Below the pieces are notes generated by a model. It was not told the origin of the DNA. It worked only from the letters and a program-made list of their open reading frames with translations, and did no database searches. A DNA stretch of 64,000 nucleotides from Paraspadella gotoi (Eukaryota; Animalia; Chaetognatha). This document shows, piece by piece, positions 58,750-64,000 of the stretch (position 1 is its first letter; every line of letters begins with the position of its first letter). A program made the position numbers and the translations under genes. The stretch spans positions 27,361,271-27,425,270 of the forward strand of contig CM119265.1 in NCBI GenBank assembly GCA_051294375.1, read 5' to 3'.

Positions 58750-59105
58750 CCAGGCCTGGTTTGTTTTTTTTAAAAAGGTGAAAGAAGGCTGGTTGTGTTA
58801 AGATGAGGAAGAGGGGGCCTGGGGGACCTGGTTGTATTAAATGAAGAAAGAGGGCCTGGTTGTTTTTAAAAATTAAGAAAGAGGGAAGGGGACCTGGTTG
58901 TATTAAATTGAAGAAAAGAGGGCCTGGTTGTATTAAATGAAGAAAGAGGGCCTGGTATGTTTTAAATGAAGAAAGAGACCTGGTTGTATTAAATTGAAGA
59001 AAGAGGGCCTGGTCTGTATTAAATGGAAGAAGAGAGAAAAGGGCCTGGTTGTGTTAAATGAAGAAAGAGGGCCTGGTTGTGTTAAATGAGGAAAGAGGGC
59101 CTGGT
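58750..59105. repeat. ~28-29-bp minisatellite (gggcctggttgtattaaatgaagaaaga)
   Basis: About 11 degenerate tandem units. Confidence 0.85.
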
Positions 59106-60220
59106 GGATCCTGTGAGTGAAATGGAGGGCCTTGCCATGTCTGATCTAAAAAAAAGGGTAATTTTAAATCGGCGAGTGTTTGATGGAAGATTCTAAATAG
59201 GCATAGGTTGGCCAAGGATCATGAAAAATGGTGTAGGCGAAGCACCGAGGGGAAATCGCTGCCTTTTTCCTTTTTTTTTCTTTTTCTTTTTTGGCAACGG
59301 ATTTTTCCTCCGAATTCGTTTCGCCATTTTTGTCTTAAGGTTCTTTTCTTTTCTCTTTGTTCTCTTTTCTCTTTTCTTCTCTTTTCTTTTTTCTTTTCTT
59401 TTTTTCTCTTTTCTTTTTTCTCTTTTCTTCTCTTTTCTTCTCTTTTCTCTTTTTTTCTCTTTTCTTCTCTTTTCTCTTTTCTTTTTTCTCTTTTTTTATT
59501 TTTCTATTTTCTTCTCTTTTCTCTTTTCTTCTCTTTTCTTTTCTCTTTTCTTTTTTATCTTTTCTTTTCTTTTCTCTTTTCTTTTTTTTTCTCTTTTTTT
59601 TCTTTTCTCCTTTCCCTTTCTCTCTCCTTTTCTAATTTTTCAGATTTGGAAAATTTCCTGCCTATAATCGTTGTAAGAAATTGATACAATCAGTATAAAA
59701 ATTATCAATTGATTCATTTATTAAATAAGCTATCTTGCCCCTAACTTTTGACTATGGTGGTTTAAGGCCTAAATCACTCTTACAAGATAATGCCCTGAAA
59801 GCTTTCAATCAAGAGTCTCTGACAGTCTCGTTTATTCACTTCCAGAGCACCTGGCCTCCATATCAATTTAGTAGTAAAATGTTTCAAAGAATGTTTTAAT
59901 TATATAACAGCACCACTCCCTAATTCTTTTTCCTGTACTTTAATTTTTGTCCTTTTCCATTTTCACTTCTCTTTTCTAACCTTTCGCCTTATCTTATTTT
60001 GTACCCTATCTTTTTTCCCTTAATTCCGTTATCTCCTCTGTTTTACATCCCTTTTCTTTCTCCTTTCTTTTTTCTCCCTTCATTCCCTTTCCTTTTTTCT
60101 CCCTTCCTCCTTTTCCTTTTTTCCCTTTCCTCCCTTTCCTTTTTTTCTCTCTTCCTCCCTCCCTTCCTTATTATTCATATATTCTCAGTTATCACTTTTT
60201 CCTTCCATCATTAACGCGAG

Positions 60221-60241
60221 TCGAACCGACGTCTCGAAATC

Positions 60242-60280
<39 letters not shown>

Positions 60281-60442
60281 TTGTCGACGATGACGAAGAT
60301 TTGGAGGACGATTTCGACGATGATGACGATGATGACCACAACGAGGACGAAGAAGACGATGATGACGACAACGACGACGATGATGACGACGACGATGACG
60401 ACGATGACGACAACGATGACGAGACGAAGACGACGATAACAG
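60221..60442 (+). CDS. Candidate phase 1-1 acid-box exon (EPTSRNRDDDD...DDETKTTIT)
   Basis: 222-nt open frame of mixed GAC/GAT/GAA/AAC codons after a pyrimidine tract. Weak gag acceptor and cag|gttttg donor. Confidence 0.35.
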
Positions 60443-61139
60443 GTTTTGAAATTGTTATATAATTCTGAAAAGAGATGCTTCAAAAATGGCTTATCGAATA
60501 GAATAATATTTTAATAAAATTTAAAAAAGAATTGAGCTCTTTCTTTTTTTTACATTTTACTATTTCTTTTCTTATGTTATTTTTGTAAGACCAATTTTCA
60601 ACTATTCTTTACTGAAGCAGTCCTTACAATTGACCACAGTCCTTTTTCAAGGACTATAGAAACTTTTTACTTTCTTCTCTCTCTCTTTCTTTCTCTCTCT
60701 CACTTTCTCAGTTTAAAGCACTAGTAGCCTAAAGCTTGCACCTTCGTTTTCAATATCAATATCAATTTATTTCTCTCTCTTTCTTTTATAAACTTACTTT
60801 CAAAAATTTAATATTGTATCACTTGCGCTGAAGGTTTGGATAAAAACCAAAAATATTCGTTAATCGCAAATTTAATTGTAAAAACTTACTACTTTGTTCA
60901 CCAATTTTGAAACGTAACAAAAAAGAGTGAACCGAGTGATTCTCGGCGTGTATTTCCTTTTGATCACATGATATGACATGATTTGATTAAAAACATTTTT
61001 TACCCTTGTATTTATGACATGCATTGCATCAAAATTCCGTCTTTTATTCTTTAAAGTTTTAGGAATTCCTCAAGGCGGTGCTAGTTGTCCTATATATTTG
61101 AGGTTTTTTTCTGTCCTAACAAATAAGCAACCAATTATA

Positions 61140-61290
61140 GGCAAATTATATGCATTTTTAATGTAAGTGGGACAGACCGATAGACAGACATACCAACCAA
61201 CCGACGGACTGACAGACCGACCGACCAACAGACCGATAAAAAAGTGACTTATAGAGTTACTCCGCGAGTACTCGCGGCGCAACTAAAAAT
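61140..61290 (-). mobile_element. DINE-1/HINE-like (Helentron-associated) short element, best-preserved copy
   Basis: Minus strand: tttttagttgcg, palindrome ccgcgagtactcgcgg, agtaactctataagtcac, (cggt/ctgt)n microsatellite, cccacttacattaaaaatgc. Confidence 0.6.
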
Positions 61291-61544
61291 AAACAGTTGT
61301 AGGGAACAGTGGTATAGTGCTGTGAGAACTGTTCCCTGAGGGTTTCTGAGCGGCGTTATACTTGGGTCGAGTCGAGTTAAATTTGTTACACATATATTTT
61401 ATAGTTTCTTAGTAACGGGATAATTCAAGAATACATATCAGCGCAACACATTTGAAATACCGTTCTTGTTTATTGAAAGAAAGATTTATGGATTGCGTAG
61501 AGTAGAGTTGAGTAGAGATTTTGTAAAGTGTCCCATTCGGTAAA

Positions 61545-61593
<49 letters not shown>

Positions 61594-62386
61594 CGCGACA
61601 ACCTCATATTCCGACCCCAAGCGAGTCCAAGGTCAAGAGTCCAAGGTCAAAGGTTCAAGGTCATCGTCGCGACATACCTCAACCTCGCGGTTCCGCCCAC
61701 TTTTAGCGTCTGCTTTTTTCCACTAGTCGCGTCGACGCCTCTTTATGGCATTTGTCGTCCTGCCATCTAGTGATGCTATCAAGAGGCGCCATTAAGAGGG
61801 CGCGATTGTCGGTTCGACGATGGAGAATGAGGAGAAGAAAAAGAATTAAAAAGAAAAGTATATTTCTTATTTTTTGTAGAAAGGGCTGAGGAGAGAGGAG
61901 AAAGATAGGAGATTAGAAGAGAGAGGAAAGAAGAAAGATAGGAAAAGAAAGGTGAAAGGAGAGAGAATGGAGGAGAGAGGAGAAAGATAGGAGATGAGAA
62001 GAGAGAGGAAAGAGGAAAGAAAGGAGAAAGGTGAAATGAGAGAGAAGGGAGGAGAGAGGAGAAAGATAGGAGACGAGAAGAGAGAGGAAAGAGGAAAGAT
62101 AGGAGGAGAAAGGTGAAAGGAGAGAGAAGGGAGGAGAGAGGAGAGAGGAGAAAGATAGGAGATGAGAAGAGAGAGGAAAGATAAGAGTAGAGAGGAGAAA
62201 GAAGTGAGCAAATGCTGGGTGGAAAGTTGTCACAACTGATGACAAATTTTCCGACATAAACTGTCAAACATGATTAAGGAAATGATGACATGAAAATGAC
62301 AAGAAAAAGACCAGAGAATGACAAGAAAATCGGTCCAAACCAGACGGGATGAAAAAAAGCGGTGAAAATGGCGTTCGATGGGGCGG

Positions 62387-62451
<65 letters not shown>

Positions 62452-62549
62452 GGCAAAAGCGTGGAAACCGAAGGTCAGGAAAAATTCTAGAAAATGGGTT
62501 CGAAAAAAAATTTAAGGAGACGAAGACGATAAGAGAAAGAGGGAAAATG

Positions 62550-63375
62550 GGCAAATCCGATGTGAGTGGCCAGTCGAGAAGAGAAGAAGATGGCAAGCCC
62601 CGGATTGCGAAGTGGCGTGAGATGAGAGGAAGATGCAGCCCGGATGTGAGTGTGCGTGAGAAGAGAGAGGATGCAAGCCCCGATGCGAGTGGCGAGAAGA
62701 GAGAGAGATGGCAAAGCCGGATGCGAGTGGCGTGAGATGAGAGAAGATGGCAAAGCCGGATTGAGTGGCGTGAGAAGAGAGAAATGCCAAGCCCGGATGG
62801 ATGGCTGAGATGAGGAAAGATGGGCACCCGGATTGAGTGGCGTGGAGAAGAGAGAAGATGGCAAGCCCGGATGCGAGTGGCGTGAGATGAGAGAAGATGG
62901 CAAGCCCGGATGTGATGTGCGTGAGAGAGAAGGAAATGCAAGCCCGGATGTGATTGTCGTGAGATGAGAGAAAATGCAAGCCCCGGATGTGAGTGGCGTG
63001 AAGAAAGAGAAGAATGGCAAGCCCAGTTGATGGCGTTAGAAGAGAGAAGATGGCAACCCGGATGTGAGTGGCGTGAGAGAAGAGAAGATATGCAAAGCCG
63101 ACGTGAATGGCGCTGAGATGAGAGAAAATGGCAACCCGGATGTGAGTGGCGTGAGAGAGAGAGATAGACAAGCCCCGGATGCGAGTGGCGTGAAGATGAG
63201 AGAAGATGGCAAGCCCGGATTGAGTGGCGAGAAGAGAATGAACCCGGATTGAGTGGCATGAGAGAGAGAATGGCAAGCCCCGGATGTGATGGCGTGAGAG
63301 AGAGAAGGATTGGCAAGCCGTTGTGAATGGTGAGAAGAGAGAAGATGGCAAGCCCCGGATGCGAGTGTCGTGAGA
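62550..63375. repeat. ~39-40-bp satellite (gagaagagagaagatggcaagcccggatgcgagtggcgt), ~20 copies
   Basis: Tandem degenerate units that explain the long minus-strand ORFs here. Confidence 0.9.
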
Positions 63376-64000
63376 AAAGTCCGTCTGTCCGTCAATCCGT
63401 CCCTCTATCCGTCCGTCCATCTATCCGTCTGCCGGCGCCCGCCAACTCATAGTAAAACTTGACATGAAGTTTTATCTTCTATTGTAGAGAAAAGAAGATT
63501 CATTTCTGAAGATCAAACGACGACGACGACGATGATGATGATGATAATTATGATGAGCTCGATCATTAGGAATTTTTTATCACCGGAGGAAAAGAATTCT
63601 GCCACAATGGGCAACTCTGGCGCGCGTGCGACAATGGCGGGCGGCCGCGGGTGTCGCCGGACGGCGATAGCAGATGACGATGGCAGATGTGTCACGTGAC
63701 AATGGTCAGAATGGCGATTTTGTCGGTGGGAATTTGGAAGACGAAAAATCACGTGACCTCGGTACATAAGAAGCAAAGGTATACTGCTTTGAATCACGAC
63801 GATTTATATGGTGAAAAGCGTCGTAAATGATAGATATTATCAGTGACATTATCTATAACTGACATAATTAGAGTGAGACAGACCGACAGACTCATTGATC
63901 GACCAAATTAAAATGTTTCAACGTTTTTGATTTATGATGATGACAATGACAAATAGGATGACGACGATAATGTCGATCACGATGACAATGACGACGACGA

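Noticed and set aside
62264-63420. 300-350-aa minus-strand ORFs
   Set aside because: Products of a ~40-bp satellite, open in several frames with frame-hopping repeat words.

Overview
This is a gappy, error-prone draft scaffold from a bilaterian-type animal genome: AT-rich, with about ten N-gaps and abundant (GA)n/(CT)n and (GAC)n microsatellites. Nearly all ORFs in the supplied track are microsatellite, satellite or N-gap artefacts. Three spliced + strand genes can be rebuilt by hand. (1) The 3' part of an Lmx1 LIM-homeobox gene: 8 exons at 1256-6629, covering LIM2, the homeodomain and the C-terminal NPIDKLYSMQSSYF motif. (2) A complete 6-exon p24/TMED gamma-type (TMED3/7-like) cargo receptor at 8888-19425, with a GC-AG intron and two probable homopolymer errors. 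(3) The 5' part of a large Ig-domain membrane or secreted protein gene from 37078 to at least 46956, possibly 60442, with a furin site and a candidate FGFR-like acid box. Region 24.0-36.8 kb holds a ~2.7 kb foldback with an odd A-S-a-s layout. It is present twice, apparently through an assembly duplication bridged by A-rich junk. The most interesting signals are an in-frame triplication of the Lmx1 terminal motif behind successive TGA codons with mostly synonymous changes, and complementary (GA)n/(CT)n tracts flanking exons whose splice sites are often weak.
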